The translations under genes and the position numbers were made by a program. From Macrostomum hystrix (taxonomy: Eukaryota > Animalia > Platyhelminthes): a stretch of DNA of 64,000 nucleotides. The stretch lies in assembly GCA_950097015.1 (NCBI GenBank), contig CATNEN010000039.1, positions 18,476,001-18,540,000 of the forward strand, written 5' to 3'. Below the pieces are notes generated by a model that saw only the letters and a list, made by a program, of their open reading frames with translations, did not search any database and was not told the DNA's origin. The stretch's first letter is position 1. Each line of letters opens with the position of its first letter. This document shows, in pieces, positions 1 to 12,520 of this stretch.

Positions 1-349
1 CGGCGAGGCCTTATTCATTTGTCGCTATGAGGGGCTAGCCTGTAAGGAACAATGAGATTATACCTGCGTGAGTAAAATGGGCAAAATTGTTATCTAAAAT
101 CTCCACTTTTTGTTGAGCTCCTTTGAAACAATCGCACCTCTCGAGAACGTCGAAATATCCAAAGAATCTGGCAGAAGCTTCAGTAATGCATCCTTAGTAC
201 GGACTTCATCACTTCTGAATTTCATCAGCTTGTCAAATGTGATATTTTTTGTGTTAAAGCCATTTGTTAAAGCCATAACTCAGAAAATTTAATGAAATCA
301 AGTTTAGAATAGAATTTCCGTCAAAGTTAAATCGTCTAAATGTTTTCAG

Positions 350-937
350 ATTCGGCTAGCAAACGCGCGCCAACCTCCAGCGCGACCGAAGTAGTTAAAG
401 ATTGTAAGTACTTTATCATGGCCGATATGTATAGAAAAAGTTGAATTGTGACTGTTTTGGTAGGCGTGTTTTAAAAAAGAACTATTTATTTTTCACTGTA
501 AAGGTAAAAAAAATATCTGGAATGCATAAAAAGCTTGAGCTTGAGGTTGAGCAGTTTCCCTGAAAAATTGAATTCGTCCGATATGTATAGAAAATAGCAA
601 GTTCAGTCCTTTGTAGTTTGTAATTTTGGTTTGTAAAAACAGCTTAAATAACCATTTAGATGTGGTCAGGCAGGGCGGACCGCCTCGTCCGCCGCCAACG
701 CCGCCGCCTCCTCCGCCGCGACATTCTCTGGCGGACTCGCTAGCCGATCGGTATCATCAGGCGCGCGCCACTGTCATCGGCCTGGGCGTCGCCCTGGCCC
801 TCACAATCGTGGCCATTGTTGCGTTGGGCTGCCGGCTTCGCCAGCTCAGGTCGCAGTTCGGAGTCGGTCGTCAAGGTAAGCTGCGCAGCCGCATGGTTGA
901 CGATGAAGACTATTTAATCAACGGGATGTACCTGTGA
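350..937 (+). CDS. LRP11: Last exons of an LRP11-like single-pass membrane protein (exons ~350-403 and 660-937; 5' part lies outside the window or is unresolved)
   Basis: TM helix VIGLGVALALTIVAIVALG is followed by CRLR and the C-terminus EDYLINGMYL*, which matches the LRP11 tail as I recall it (ACRLR...ESDYLINGMYL). AG acceptors at 348-349 and 658-659 and a GTAAGT donor at 404 keep phase 1. Confidence 0.65.
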
Positions 938-1494
938 GCTCGATTTCATTTCCATTTCCATGTCAGTTTCATTTCCGAATGCTCCGCTAATGCTATTTAT
1001 GCTACTCACATTAAGCTTCGCTAGTAGTATCCACCGCATTTTATTGTCATTATAACATTATATCGATGAGAGTATATTTTTGGCCAATAAAATATCAGTT
1101 CCCATTTTACGAACAATCATTTTTTTATTCCTTATATGTTAATTGTTTACAGAGCTGGAAATTGTACTTACTGCCTTTGCTACATTATGCTAGTGGTACT
1201 ATGTGCAGTGGTACAAGTGCTTCTAATTGTGTTTTTATCGTTTTTTAAACATATTGTGCTTTTTGTTTTATCACACTGAGCAAATTGTTTCCGTAGCGTG
1301 ATTTGTTTATTTAGTCGGATTTTTTCAGCACATATTTAAATTTAAGTGCAGAATCATTGGAGTACCTTGTGTTTTTAATAAAGACACTAGTTTCAAACTA
1401 GACAATTAAACTTTCCAAAAAATGTTTTTAAAACTTACATTTTTCGTAAAAAAGTGTTTGCGTACCGCTGTTCCAGTGATTTTTCAATTCAGAA

Positions 1495-2100
1495 AGCTGA
1501 CGATTTCTGATTGGCTAGGAGATTAAGTAAAGCAAAATAAAGATGAAAATACCTGATTGGCTATGAGATTTGTTGGTTCTTGGCACTTCCTACACTAAAA
1601 TATGACGATCTCTGATTGGTTGAGAGATTCATTAATTATCGCTACTTACACATCTAAAGATGGCGATCTCTGATTGGCTGGAAGATTCAATGGCGCCTCT
1701 TCACTATTTGCGTAAATATGATATCCTCCGATTGGCTGATTAAGAGATTGGGGTTCTTTTCGCAAGCTGACGATTTCTGATTGGCTGGGAGATTTATTAA
1801 TTATCGCTACTACACTTCTAAAGATGGCGATCTCTGATTGGCTGGAAGATTCAATGGCGCCTCTTCACTATATGCGTAAGGATGATATCCTCCGATTGGC
1901 TGATTAAGAGATTGTGGTTCTTTTCACAAGCTGACGATTTCTGATTGGCTGGGAGATTTATTAATTATCGCTATTTACACATCTAAAGATGGCGATCTTT
2001 GATTGGCTGGAAGATTCAAGGGCTCTCTTCACTATATGCGTAAAGATGATACGAGCGTATCCTCCGATTGGTTGAGTAAGAGATTGGGGTTCTTTTCGCA
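1495..2100. repeat. Tandem repeat, ~164-bp unit built from ~55-bp GATTGG(C/T)T (CCAAT-box) subunits
   Basis: GCTGACGATTTCTGATTGGCT recurs at 1496, 1766 and 1930; GATTGG recurs roughly every 50-60 bp. Confidence 0.85.
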
Positions 2101-2619
2101 AGTCCTCCCATCATAGAGTGACTTTAGGTTGGTGTATTTATTGGACGCCAAATTTTACTGTGAGGCTCGCACTGAACTATGTCAAAGAAGTTGAACTCCA
2201 TTTTACAACTGGGTCGATTCTTTGAGTTTTGCAGGCCGGGCAGAGCTGTTAAATTCAATATATTTTTTGCCGTCTTAATAAGGAAAAAACTAACAATAAA
2301 TCAAGCAATTCATTGCTAATGATATAGTTAAAAGTCCTGGTGTCTTTTGAAATAAAAAACTTACATTTATCGGCCAACAGAGCTCGCATTTTCCAGCTGA
2401 CAACTGTATATTTTGGCTAGCGATGTCAGTTTTATCGGAAAAAGTTAATTAACGAAAGAAAAACTGTCTTTTTGTAATATTTTGCCCTATGACGGCACAA
2501 GACTTTTGGTATTAGGCGAATGGCCGAAGCGCATGCATGCAGGTTACAATGGGATTTTATTGCCACAAAAAGTCTGGGACGAATTGAAACAAAAACTGCG
2601 ATTCGGCGAACACGCTATG

Positions 2620-2840
2620 TTTGGGGGAATCGTTATTGCTGAGACATAGCGGGCGTCATTTAGACTGAACTCATTAGACAAGTCCATGCACTTGTATAAA
2701 AAAGATATTTGCTTTGTTGTGGGAACTAAAATCCTCAAATTATATTTGGGGAATCGTTATTGCTGAGACATAGCGGGCGTCTTTTAGACTGAACTCATTA
2801 GACAAGTGCATGGGCTTGTGTGAAAAATTATATTTGCCTC
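2620..2840. repeat. Direct duplication of ~90 bp (period ~124 bp)
   Basis: TTTGGGG(G)AATCGTTATTGCTGAGACATAGCGGGCGTC...GACTGAACTCATTAGACAAGT occurs at ~2620 and ~2745. Confidence 0.85.
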
Positions 2841-3156
2841 CTACCGAAAAAATCACCAGTTATTCAGTGACAATCATTGACCAATTTCACCCTGTCCTTG
2901 GCGGCACCAAAACGACTTCCTTGAAACTGGCACGTTGAAGTCGAATATGCACGCGTGCGCCGCTGAAAATGGCTTTGTTGACAGGTACTGCAGGTAAACT
3001 AGCATGTCCTCTGTGACTAGGTGAACGTAGGCGCGAGGCCATTCAGCTCTGAACAGAACGTGACCTGAGAGTGTCACACAAGAGTTAAGGATTTAGGCTG
3101 CAGTCAAGATTGGCGATGTTTTAAATAGTTTTTTTGTAATTAAACCCCAGACATTA

Positions 3157-4500
3157 CTACTCACCTTCCATGTTGATAAGTAGTACGACGCTGTAGCTGC
3201 TGTAGTGCTTGGGCTGGTCGCCCTCATCGTGACCGTCGTGCTTGAAGACGAACAGGACGCCCAGCGAGCCAACCGGATAGATGTGGCTGGAGCCGCCCTC
3301 GCTGAACTTCATGCACTTGGACACGTCGAAGGTGCGCGGATTCGACAAGTTGCTGAGTGACTCAAAATTTGGAAAGAATTCCAGTGTCATATTTTGCCGA
3401 TTTAGCACAATAAGGTCTCCGGCTGTGCTAATCACGTGCTCGCACAAGATCGAGCCTGTGGACTTCTGCTTCTGCAGGCCTGATACTGATCGGGGCAGTC
3501 GATCCAACGAGTGTAGTTGCTTCAGAGTGATCGTGTCAACCAGGATGCATTTGGTCCGGCTGGATACGAACAGAAGTTTGCCATCAGGAGACAGTGAATA
3601 GTGCTCGCTGCGTTGGACATTTTGCTTGCTAAACTTGTTCAGTATCTTACGGTTGGCCGTGTCGTAGGAACAGAAGACAAGCGGCTTGCCATTTGTAGGA
3701 GGATCCTGCATCAAACCTGTCGCACCACCATGATTGACTTCGTCAGCTCCCTCAACTTTGGAGATAAGCAGGATGGTAGTTGGCGAGCTCCAATGGAAGC
3801 TGAGATATTTCTCCGTCTTGTTGAACCCGTTGATGCCAAGGAAGATGACCTGCTGCGGCACCATCACCTGCTCGTTCCAGAAGGTGAAGGTGGACTGGCG
3901 TCCGGCGCTCATCGGCTTGCGAGAGTCCTGCACGCACCAGAGAGCCCCCAGCGGGAACCGATGGTTATAGGCAGTTACCGTGGAAACCAGCTCGCCTAGC
4001 GAGGTCTGATACACGCCAACCTTTTCCATGGTGATCAGACTGTAAAACTCTATCTTTGACTGGAACACAACGCAGAGGTTGTCCCTATTGTCGTAGGAAA
4101 CAATGCCCCTTGGTCGGTGGTCAACATCAAATTCGATCGTTTTTTTCTTACAGTTGTTCTTCTCCTCTGGGACGCGCTTATTAATAAAGATCTTGATTTT
4201 ATCGGCTGTCAGGGCGGCGAAGTAGTTGCCAGTAAAGGCCAGCTCCGCTATGTTGACAGGGAAGCGGACATCCTGCGGATTGACGCCAATGATCCAATTC
4301 ACCTGGCGGCGAAGGTGCTCGCTACTGATCCTGGACTCGTCATTCTCCTCTAGTAGTGCCATATTGTTAACTGGCCTAGAGACTCCTGGATGACGAGAAA
4401 CTGCCCCAGTCAGTGCAGCCGTGTTAGCCCCAGCTGCTTTTAACTCGGAGTTGCGGCCAACATTGATGGTTTCACCCTCAGCGTTAGCAGTCGACGCCAT
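3157..4500 (-). CDS. Uncharacterised ~445-aa protein, probable WD40-like beta-propeller
   Basis: Long GC-rich ORF with first ATG at 4500 and beta-strand repeats such as SLSPDGKLLFVSSRTKCILVD and NYFAALTADKIKIF. A GTGAG donor at 3164 may splice to an AG at 3098, changing the last residues to ...NMEA*. Confidence 0.55.
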   Translation of the reverse strand: MASTANAEGETINVGRNSELKAAGANTAALTGAVSRHPGVSRPVNNMALLEENDESRISSEHLRRQVNWIIGVNPQDVRFPVNIAELAFTGNYFAALTADKIKIFINKRVPEEKNNCKKKTIEFDVDHRPRGIVSYDNRDNLCVVFQSKIEFYSLITMEKVGVYQTSLGELVSTVTAYNHRFPLGALWCVQDSRKPMSAGRQSTFTFWNEQVMVPQQVIFLGINGFNKTEKYLSFHWSSPTTILLISKVEGADEVNHGGATGLMQDPPTNGKPLVFCSYDTANRKILNKFSKQNVQRSEHYSLSPDGKLLFVSSRTKCILVDTITLKQLHSLDRLPRSVSGLQKQKSTGSILCEHVISTAGDLIVLNRQNMTLEFFPNFESLSNLSNPRTFDVSKCMKFSEGGSSHIYPVGSLGVLFVFKHDGHDEGDQPKHYSSYSVVLLINMEGE

Positions 4501-5126
4501 TGGCAATCGTTAAAAAGCTCGACCTGATGGCTGGCGATGAGTTTTTGAACTATAGTTCGAGTTAATCTTGCTCTGCTGTGCCTTAATAGTTCTATAGAAA
4601 GTTCAAACAACGCTAAAATACTGCTTCTGCGTGTTATCAAGTGGCTTAAAGCTAAGGGACGCGAAGAATACAGCCCTGAGCAAACAAGAAGTTGGGACAT
4701 AGACATTAATCGCTTACCTTGCGTCCGCTCTTTGCATGTGTGATATTGCAACCCGGTTTCTACACAAATAACAACTAAGCTGTGTCAGCAAAGCTTTTAA
4801 AGTGGTTTGTTTCTCTTTATTATAGAAATTGCTGCTTCTTCTTTCTACGAGCAATAACCGAAGTCATTTTTCTAGATTTGGTTCATAGCGTACTATAAGC
4901 TTACTTCGTCACACGCAGCTAGGGTGTGGTTTCATTTATATTTGCGCAGGAGCGCGTGTACATTAGAATTATAGCGATCCGTGCATATTGCTCACCCTTC
5001 ATCGATCTTGCACGGCAACCAGTTGATGTACATCACTTTACAACGATTGAAACAGAATTGAATTGAAAGTTTTACGTAAATATGTAGCAACGAGTACGCT
5101 GTGTTGCTAACAACAGCTTTTAGACC

Positions 5127-5909
5127 TCAGTCAAATGGCGACGCACATTTGCACAGGACTCCCGATGGCTTGTAGGTCGCTGGTGACACCGGGAAGTCAT
5201 TCAGCCCCGGTGAGCTGTAAAACCGGCCGATGGTGACTTCATCTCTCAAAAAGTTGTCGGGCTGACCACTCAAATACGAGCTCCACTGCAGATTGGGGTC
5301 GACGCTGAGGTTGCAGCTGACCCACGACCAGCCCGACTTCGACTTGGGACTCGTTGGAGACTGAAAGCCTCCAAGCCAGATGGACTGGCTCTTGCTGAAG
5401 TACTCGACGTTGTACTGGGTGTCGATGAAACTCATCTCAGCCGAGTTGAGCACATCCGCCATGATGACCAGTCCAGCATGATTCTCGCAGCTCTGCTTGG
5501 CCTGCCACCAGTCTCCAGGACTTGAGTACACCCTGTACTTCACTCCACACAGCTGTGCATCGAAGCCGGACGGACACAGTCTACCGGGCTGCAGTCCCGC
5601 TCGTCTCTTCACAAACAGCCGACCTGTGCTCGAGCAGCTGCACCTTTTCACCGCCTTGCTGCACCTGTCGAACACGAACAGCTGGCACGGACCGTCAGCT
5701 GTGCTGAAGGCCTGGCAGCGCTGTCGGCGGCTGCACTGAAGGGAGCAGTCGAGCTCGGACGCCGGCGCCGCGCCGAGAGGCGTCTCGATGAACTCGCCGT
5801 TGACGCACAGGAAGCCGCTCACGGCCGTGAACTCGGACTTGCACTGCTGGGCCCGCACTGCTGAGGCAAAGATCAGAGACAGCATTAAAATGACAAAGTT
5901 CGGTGACAT
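5127..5909 (-). CDS. Secreted PAN/Apple + C-type lectin domain protein (intronless)
   Basis: Signal peptide MSPNFVILMLSLIFASAVRA; PAN-like DCSLQCSRRQRCQAFS...CQL; CTLD motifs CPSGF, WWQAKQSC, IWLGG, WSW, GQPDN, LND and VLC. Confidence 0.85.
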   Translation of the reverse strand: MSPNFVILMLSLIFASAVRAQQCKSEFTAVSGFLCVNGEFIETPLGAAPASELDCSLQCSRRQRCQAFSTADGPCQLFVFDRCSKAVKRCSCSSTGRLFVKRRAGLQPGRLCPSGFDAQLCGVKYRVYSSPGDWWQAKQSCENHAGLVIMADVLNSAEMSFIDTQYNVEYFSKSQSIWLGGFQSPTSPKSKSGWSWVSCNLSVDPNLQWSSYLSGQPDNFLRDEVTIGRFYSSPGLNDFPVSPATYKPSGVLCKCASPFD

Positions 5910-7090
5910 TCTGCAACTCAATTTCTCCTTAAATATCGGCTGTGTTTAGCGATTCGCTCAGTGAAACTTTCTCTTATAAAATTCCATATATTTCTCAGCA
6001 TCGCGAATTCTCTCATTGTTTCTTGATATATACTATACGACCTATATTGTGAGAGCCAAAAAATCAATTGACAGCTTCTTGAGGGGCTTTGTCATTTCGG
6101 TTCTGATGTGTTTGCCTAGTGAAAGTGTATACCCCTTTTCCCCCGTAAATTTCCTTCTTGTCTGCTTTTGTAATTGGGAACTTCATATGTGACCATGCTG
6201 ATAAATATAATAATTGCACTTACCTAATATTCAGGTGTTACACAATTATAGCATATTTAACACTTGAAGATGGCAGCTTTTGTTTCTCCACTCAGTCGTA
6301 AATTGACGTTTTTCCGACAAAAAGGTGAAAAGTTCATTTGACGAACAATCGGTTGTTAATTGTAATTTCACAGTATCCTTCTCGAGTATTTTTGCGGCTA
6401 TCAGAACATTTTAAGAGGGACAACGCTTCCATTTCTGCCAAGCAATATACTCGTATTATATGTCATACATTAAAACATGTTACATCATGTTTGTTGTGTA
6501 TATGTTGTATACTACAAAAATAAGTACGCTGTATAACTATTGATAATTATAATTGAATACAACTGCCCCGATTGGGGTCCCATGTGCAGCCAACAGCACT
6601 TGTGCGGCCACTTGAAGTCTCTGCGTCCGTCTGTTCAGTCTATAAGACTTAGAGATCTGAATGGAATTTAAGTAGGCGTTGGTTGGAGACTAAATCTAAA
6701 AATAGCAACAGCAGAAAGAGCGAGCAACTGAAAGGAGAATGATTAGACAAAACCCGCCCTGAGATTAATTAATCATTTCAGCACAAACCCGGCGCGGCAG
6801 GGCAGCAGCGGTGCCGAAGTGGAGCTGCCTGAGACCGGATCCGCGGCTGTGCTGACGTGGAACCACCCGAGACCGGACCCGCAGCTGCGCTGACGTGGAG
6901 CTGCTGGTATCAACCCGGCCTGTCCCGACCCACAGCTGCCTGAATCGACCCAACCCAGCCGAAACTGGAGCCGCCCGGACCCGATCGGCAACGAGATCTG
7001 GAGGAGCCCGGGATCGCACAAGAAGACGGGATCGATGAAAGGAGAGGGGATAACGAACAATAGGAAAGAGATCTCAGTAGAGGGAGGAAC

Positions 7091-8759
7091 CGCGGACCCC
7101 GGGATTATAAGCAACTGGACTGGAAGGCTAAAAATAACCCATACCACAAGGGGGCATTAGTTTCCTACATAGCTTTTCTGCAGAAGGGCATGAATTGCTA
7201 ACACAAATCACATAAATAGATAAATAGACACGTGCACAACTGAAAAAAACACTTTGCAACAGTGGAAAAAGCAAAAACATTTCTGACAAGCCACTTAATC
7301 TGAAACCGAGGCGAATCCGCAGTTAATTATTAGTAGGAATCGGCAGACTGACTGGAGAGCTTCGCAATCTTCCGCTTCCTTCCGCGCTCCGAATCGCCAG
7401 AAACTTCCTTAGCCAGGTTCCTCATCATGCAGTTGAAGAACGCTTTAGACAATTCTGTCTTCACATCATGTCCATGGCTGCATGTTGTGAGGTGGGTGAA
7501 TGATTCTAGAAAAAGTGCGTCGTCGGTCATTTCGTCCACGAGTCCACAAAATACCAGCTGCTGCTGCTGAGCGCACATGAACTCCTTCTTCAATGTCTCC
7601 TTTCGCCGAATCTCTTCGAAAATTTTCCAGCAATGAGTGCCCAAAGCAAAAGCAAACTCAGTTGGCTGGCAAAGACCACCTCGGTTGATCTGGTCAATGA
7701 AGGAGGAGGCCTGTGCTGGAACCCAGTCAACATCCAACTGCGCGGCAGCATCTTCCTCCAACAGCAGTTCTCTGCACGAATCACACCTTCGGTTTTTCAC
7801 CAGAGTTCGGGCAACAGCGGCAATGACGTAATAAATTACCGTCTGATCAGCAGGAGCTGGCTCGCAATCCATGTCTAGCTTTACGGCCAAGTTGTTGACA
7901 CAAGTACAGCTTGCCGTCGCACAGAGAGATTTGAAAACCTGCTGGCTTACTCTCCTCCTGATCAAGTCTGGAGCGCACGTCGTGTAGGCTGCAATCAGCA
8001 ATTGAGTCGGCTTCCTGAAAGGTGTCGATGCTGCTTTGCAGGGCACTGAGTTCCCGCTCCAGACGTTCAAAAGAAGTCGCCGCTGTTGATCTCTGCGGCT
8101 TTTTTTCAGAGGACAGGTAGGATGGAGCGTTGGGAAAGATGGACGGCACAGCCCCTTGTTTCAAAAGGCGTCTTAGTAGTTGCTCCTTGCTCTTCTTACG
8201 TGCGACGTTTGTATCCATGGAACTTTCAACGAAGTCGTCCGGATGAAAATGTCTAGAGCAATTCCTTGAGTTTTTTGTTGGCTCAAACTCCTGCCTTGGG
8301 TTGGCTCGCTTCCACTTTTCCAGAAGGGCGGGGTCCTTCCATGGAAAACTATGGAAGCTGACTCCTGCGACAGTTCCATTTGCTCGATTTGAGCATCCGT
8401 ACGCTGAGCAAGCCTTCACCATTAGTGGTGGTCTTCACTCTCAGAGTCCCAGACAATTATGAGTGCTAGTTAGCAAAAACAAGGAGAGATCGTTTTTAGG
8501 AATTGCTGTACAGTGCAGCGATTCTTGTAGTCCACTACAGGCCACAACCCCGGCCGAAATACGAACAGGGACGAATTGGAATGTACATTGTAGAGAGAGC
8601 TTTTTAGTGTACAACGAAAGCTTTCTTTCCCTCGTGGAACAAAGACCCCAAGCCCCCAACTGGGGACAGAAAGGAGAAGCATTGCCCCCTTGTGGTATAG
8701 GGTGGAAAATAAAATTATCTCTCCTTCCAGTCCAGATGCTTATAATCCCGGGGTCCGTG
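7091..8759 (-). mobile_element. Internally deleted P-superfamily (THAP) DNA transposon
   Basis: 37-bp TIRs at 7091-7127 and 8723-8759 with 2 mismatches. Inner 16-bp perfect inverted repeat ATACCACAAGGGGGCA at 7141-7156 and 8683-8698. 7-bp TSD GAGGAAC at 7084-7090 and 8760-8766. THAP ORF inside. Confidence 0.9.
7330..8422 (-). pseudogene. THAP-domain P-type transposase with the catalytic core deleted (THAP + coiled-coil ORF 7847-8422; out-of-frame C-terminal fragment 7330-~7900)
   Basis: THAP signature CSAYGC...FHSFP...W...CSRHF...GAVPSIF. C-terminal P/THAP9-like motifs IYYV...CDSC...INRGGLCQP. No room between them for the RNase-H-like domain. Confidence 0.85.
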
Positions 8760-9598
8760 GAGGAACGCATCCTAACTCAGCTAAGACATTTTAAGAATTT
8801 TACCCACCCTCCATAGGAGAGGGGTTGGTGTGCCTGCCAACCAACTAGTATAATGACTAATGACTGTAATAGACTAGAGGCTGCGACCTCAACCCGCATA
8901 AATTCTCTCGCCAGATGTTGCTACGGTATTGCCTCCCCTCGGATCGAGGGGTTTTAAAGATAATATATATATCGGTGCGGAGCGCGGGAAAAGATCCGCC
9001 GCTCCAGTTAGTTATAGACTCACTTTGAGCTCCGTTTAGATAAACTAGAAAATCATTGTGTTTGGGTTCTTTCTTAAGTAGAATCAGCGATAACGATCTA
9101 GAGAGATCACTACGACCAGCCGGTATACTGAGTATCGATAGTCGTTAGGATTTATAGCCTTCAAGACTTTTAGACTGCAATAAACCGCTAGACAAACTAT
9201 AGGAAAACTACAAGTGAAGAAGAAGAGACATACAACCTGAAGCGCTATACAGTCCATGGACTGGGCCGAAGACGCCTGCATACCCACCTGTGATGAGCAG
9301 CTGGTTAAATAATTATTTTGTTAAAAAAATTATCTGGCATCACCTTTCCTTTTCGCGACTGAAGCTCAGGGTGTGCTACTAACTAGAAATGAGAATGATC
9401 ATTGCGGCCTATAGTATCGCAAGCCTTTCATTTAAAGTCATTGAATGATATGTATAGTTTCTTATAAGTCAGAAATGACAGCTCCACCCCGCATGTCACC
9501 TCTCTAGCTGCAAGCTAGAGACCACCTCTCTAGTCCTTAAGACGTTTCTTCAACATGATTTTTTCTAGTAAAAAGCGTTGACCTTGAACTTCATTTTT

Positions 9599-12520
9599 CA
9601 CCCGTGTTTACATTAGAACGGTAAAAAAGCACAGTTATAGACACGTTAAATACGACTATACAGCATGCTGTATGCATTCTCAGCATGCTCGATTTGCGCT
9701 AGTTAGTGTCGCACATTGTATGAACAAAACGTGGTAGTAATTATTGTTTTATATTCAATCTGTTAGCATTTTTATAGAAAATGAAATCACAAAATATTTG
9801 GATTTGGATCTTTATTCAGTAATATTTAATGCGTATATTTTTAATAATCATGATTTAAGTTTACTAAGCCTGGGTAGGCCGCGAGCTGCAGTATTATCAT
9901 ATATGCTTTTAATGCATAATATCAACCATAAAATAGAATAATACTTGTAGATAGACTACAAAGTAGATTTTTTTTGGCAATGACTGCAACCAGCAGATCT
10001 ATCATAGTTCTATAGGTCTATCGTACTTAAAATGAAATATTTGGTTGTTCCAGCTGTTGTTCAAAATGCTTAAATTGCCCCTGCTACTTAGTTTTTATCA
10101 ATATACTTTTTAGAATAGGCCTATGTTAGGCATTTTTTATTACAAACTAAATATAAAATTGCTAAGAACTAACTAGTAATAAATAAGTTGCCATATCGAC
10201 TATACCATATATGCCTGGCCTGGTTAGGCCTATAGCTTACTTATAGCTATCACCTATATAGAACAAATTTGTATTAGCTAGCCAAAAGTAGAAGAGTAGA
10301 GCATAACAGTTTGCCATTTATTAATTCAAATCTTCCTTAAAATGATATAAAATCATTCCATTAGACCTCTATCAGCCTATGAAATTAAAGATTCCATAAC
10401 AGTCATTAATCAACAGCAACAACTAATTAATCAGGTTTCCATGACCATGACCTGATTCTATAGCCCTCCTTGACCTAATATTGTAACCTTCCCTATCCTC
10501 ATTATAGCCTTCCTTCGCACTGATCCTATAGCCTTCTATTGGCTGATGCTATTTCTTTGGCTAGCTTTTATTTAATTAATTATATAGTGCTCTATACTCT
10601 GATCTTTCAATGTGCCTTGACATGATCACTCACCTTTCTACTAGCCATGCTTCTCTACTAACTGCTCCCCCACCCCCGCTTCTCTAACCATTGATCCCCA
10701 ACACCTGCTCATCTACTCACTGCTCCTCTACTGGCCCTGCTCCTCTATCGCAGCTCCTCTACCCCTGTTTCTCTACCCCTACTTCTCTACCCACTGCTCC
10801 TCTACTGGCCCTGCTCATCTACCCCTACTTCTCTGCCCCTGCTTCTCTACCCATTGATCCTCAACACCTGCTCATCTACTCACTGCTTCTCTACTGGCCC
10901 TGCTCCTCTACCCCTGCTCCTCTACCCCTGCTTCTCTACCCCTGCTTCTCTACCCCTGCTTTTCTGCCCCTGCTTCTCTACCCACTGCTCCTCTATTGGC
11001 CCTGCTCCTCTACTCACTGCTCCTCTACTCACTGCTCCTCTACTCACTGCTCATCTACTGGCCCTGTCCTCTACTGGCCCAGCTCCTCTACCCCTGCTCT
11101 TCTACCCCTGCTTCGCTACTCACTGCTCCTCTACCCCTGCTCCTCTACTCACTGCTCCTCTACTCACTGCTTCTCTACTCACTGCTCCTCTACCCCTGCT
11201 CCTCTACTCACTGCTCCTCTACTCACTGCTCCTCTACTCACTGCTCCTCTACTCACTGCTTCTCTACTCACTGCTCCTCTACCCCTGCTCCTCTACTCAC
11301 TGCTCCTCTACTCACTGCTTCTCTACTCACTGCTCCTCTACTCACTGCTTCTCTACTCACTGCTCCTCTACCCCTGCTCCTCTACTCACTGCTCCTCTAC
11401 TCACTGCTTCTCTACTCACTGCTTCTCTACTCACTGCTCCTCTACCCCTGCTCCTCTACCCCTGCTCCTCTACTCACTGCTCCTCTACTCACTGCTTCTC
11501 TACTCACTGCTTCTCTACTCACTGCTCCTCTACTCACTGCTTCTCTACTCACTGCTCCTCTACCCCTGCTCCTCTACTCACTGCTCCTCTACCCCTGCTC
11601 CTCTACTCACTGCTCCTCTACTCACTGCTTCTCTACTCACTGCTTCTCTACTCACTGCTCCTCTACTCACTGCTCCTCTACCCCTGCTCCTCTACTCACT
11701 GCTCCTCTACCCCTGCTCCTCTACTCACTGCTCCTCTACTCACTGCTTCTCTACTCACTGCTTCTCTACTCACTGCTCCTCTACTCACTGCTCCTCTACC
11801 CCTGCTCCTCTACTCACTGCTCCTCTACTCACTGCTTCTCTACTCACTGCTCCTCTACCCCTGCTCCTCTACTCACTGCTTCTCTACTCACTGCTCCTCT
11901 ACTGGCCCAGCCTTTCTTACCCTGATCCTGTAGCTCACCTCACCCTAATCCTCACCCTGATCCTGTAGCCTTCCTCACCCTGATCCTGTAGCCTTCCTCA
12001 CCCTGATCCTGTAGCCTTCCTTACCCTGATCCTGTAGCCTTCCTCACCCTGATCCTGTAGCCTTTCTCACCCTGATCCTGTAGCCTTCCTCACCCTGATC
12101 CTGTAGCCTTCCTCACCCTGATCCTGTAGCCTTCCTCACCCTGATCCTGTAGCCTTTCTCACCCTGATCCTGTAGCCTTCCTCACCCTGATCCTGTAGCC
12201 TTCCTCACCCTGATCCTGTAGCCTTCCTCACCCTGATCCTGTAGCCTTCCTTACCTGATCCTGTAGCCTTCCTTACCCTGATCCTGTATCCTTCCTTACC
12301 CTGATCCTGCATCCTTCCTTACTCTGATCATTTAGCTTACCCTAATCATTACCCTGATCCTGTACTCCTCGTCACCCGGATCCTCACCCTGATCCTCACT
12401 TTAATCTTTACCCTGATCCTCGCAATAATCCTCACCGATCCTCACTTTTATCCTCACCGATCCTCACCCTAATCCTCACCCTGATCCTCAACCTGATCCC
12501 GTGACCTTTCTCACCCTGAT
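9599..12520 (+). repeat. Left terminal inverted repeat (~2.9 kb): ~1.1 kb unique AT-rich sequence plus 15-bp, 23-bp and 12-bp arrays
   Basis: Reverse complement of 28220-32481. The identical 65-aa spurious ORFs at 9744-9941(+) and 32139-32336(-) both start 145 bp from their terminus. Confidence 0.95.
10690..11905 (+). repeat. 15-bp minisatellite (CTCTACTCACTGCTC and variants) in the left TIR
   Basis: Direct inspection; it produces low-complexity ORFs in all three frames. Confidence 0.95.

Noticed and set aside
8820-8850. GGTTGG..CCAACC hairpin plus CTAGT as a Helitron 3' end for the GC-rich DNA that the P element interrupts
   Set aside because: No matching 5' TC end or coding remnant identified; too short to support.
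9250-9263. Palindrome CAGTCCATGGACTG recurring near 63970, with partial copies near 32943 and 53430
   Set aside because: Flanks are unrelated and no hammerhead core is present; most likely chance or codon-level coincidence.
10691-11968. Long ORFs in three frames (and the mirror set at 30271-31389)
   Set aside because: Translations of a stop-free 15-bp minisatellite inside the TIRs; no protein-like complexity.
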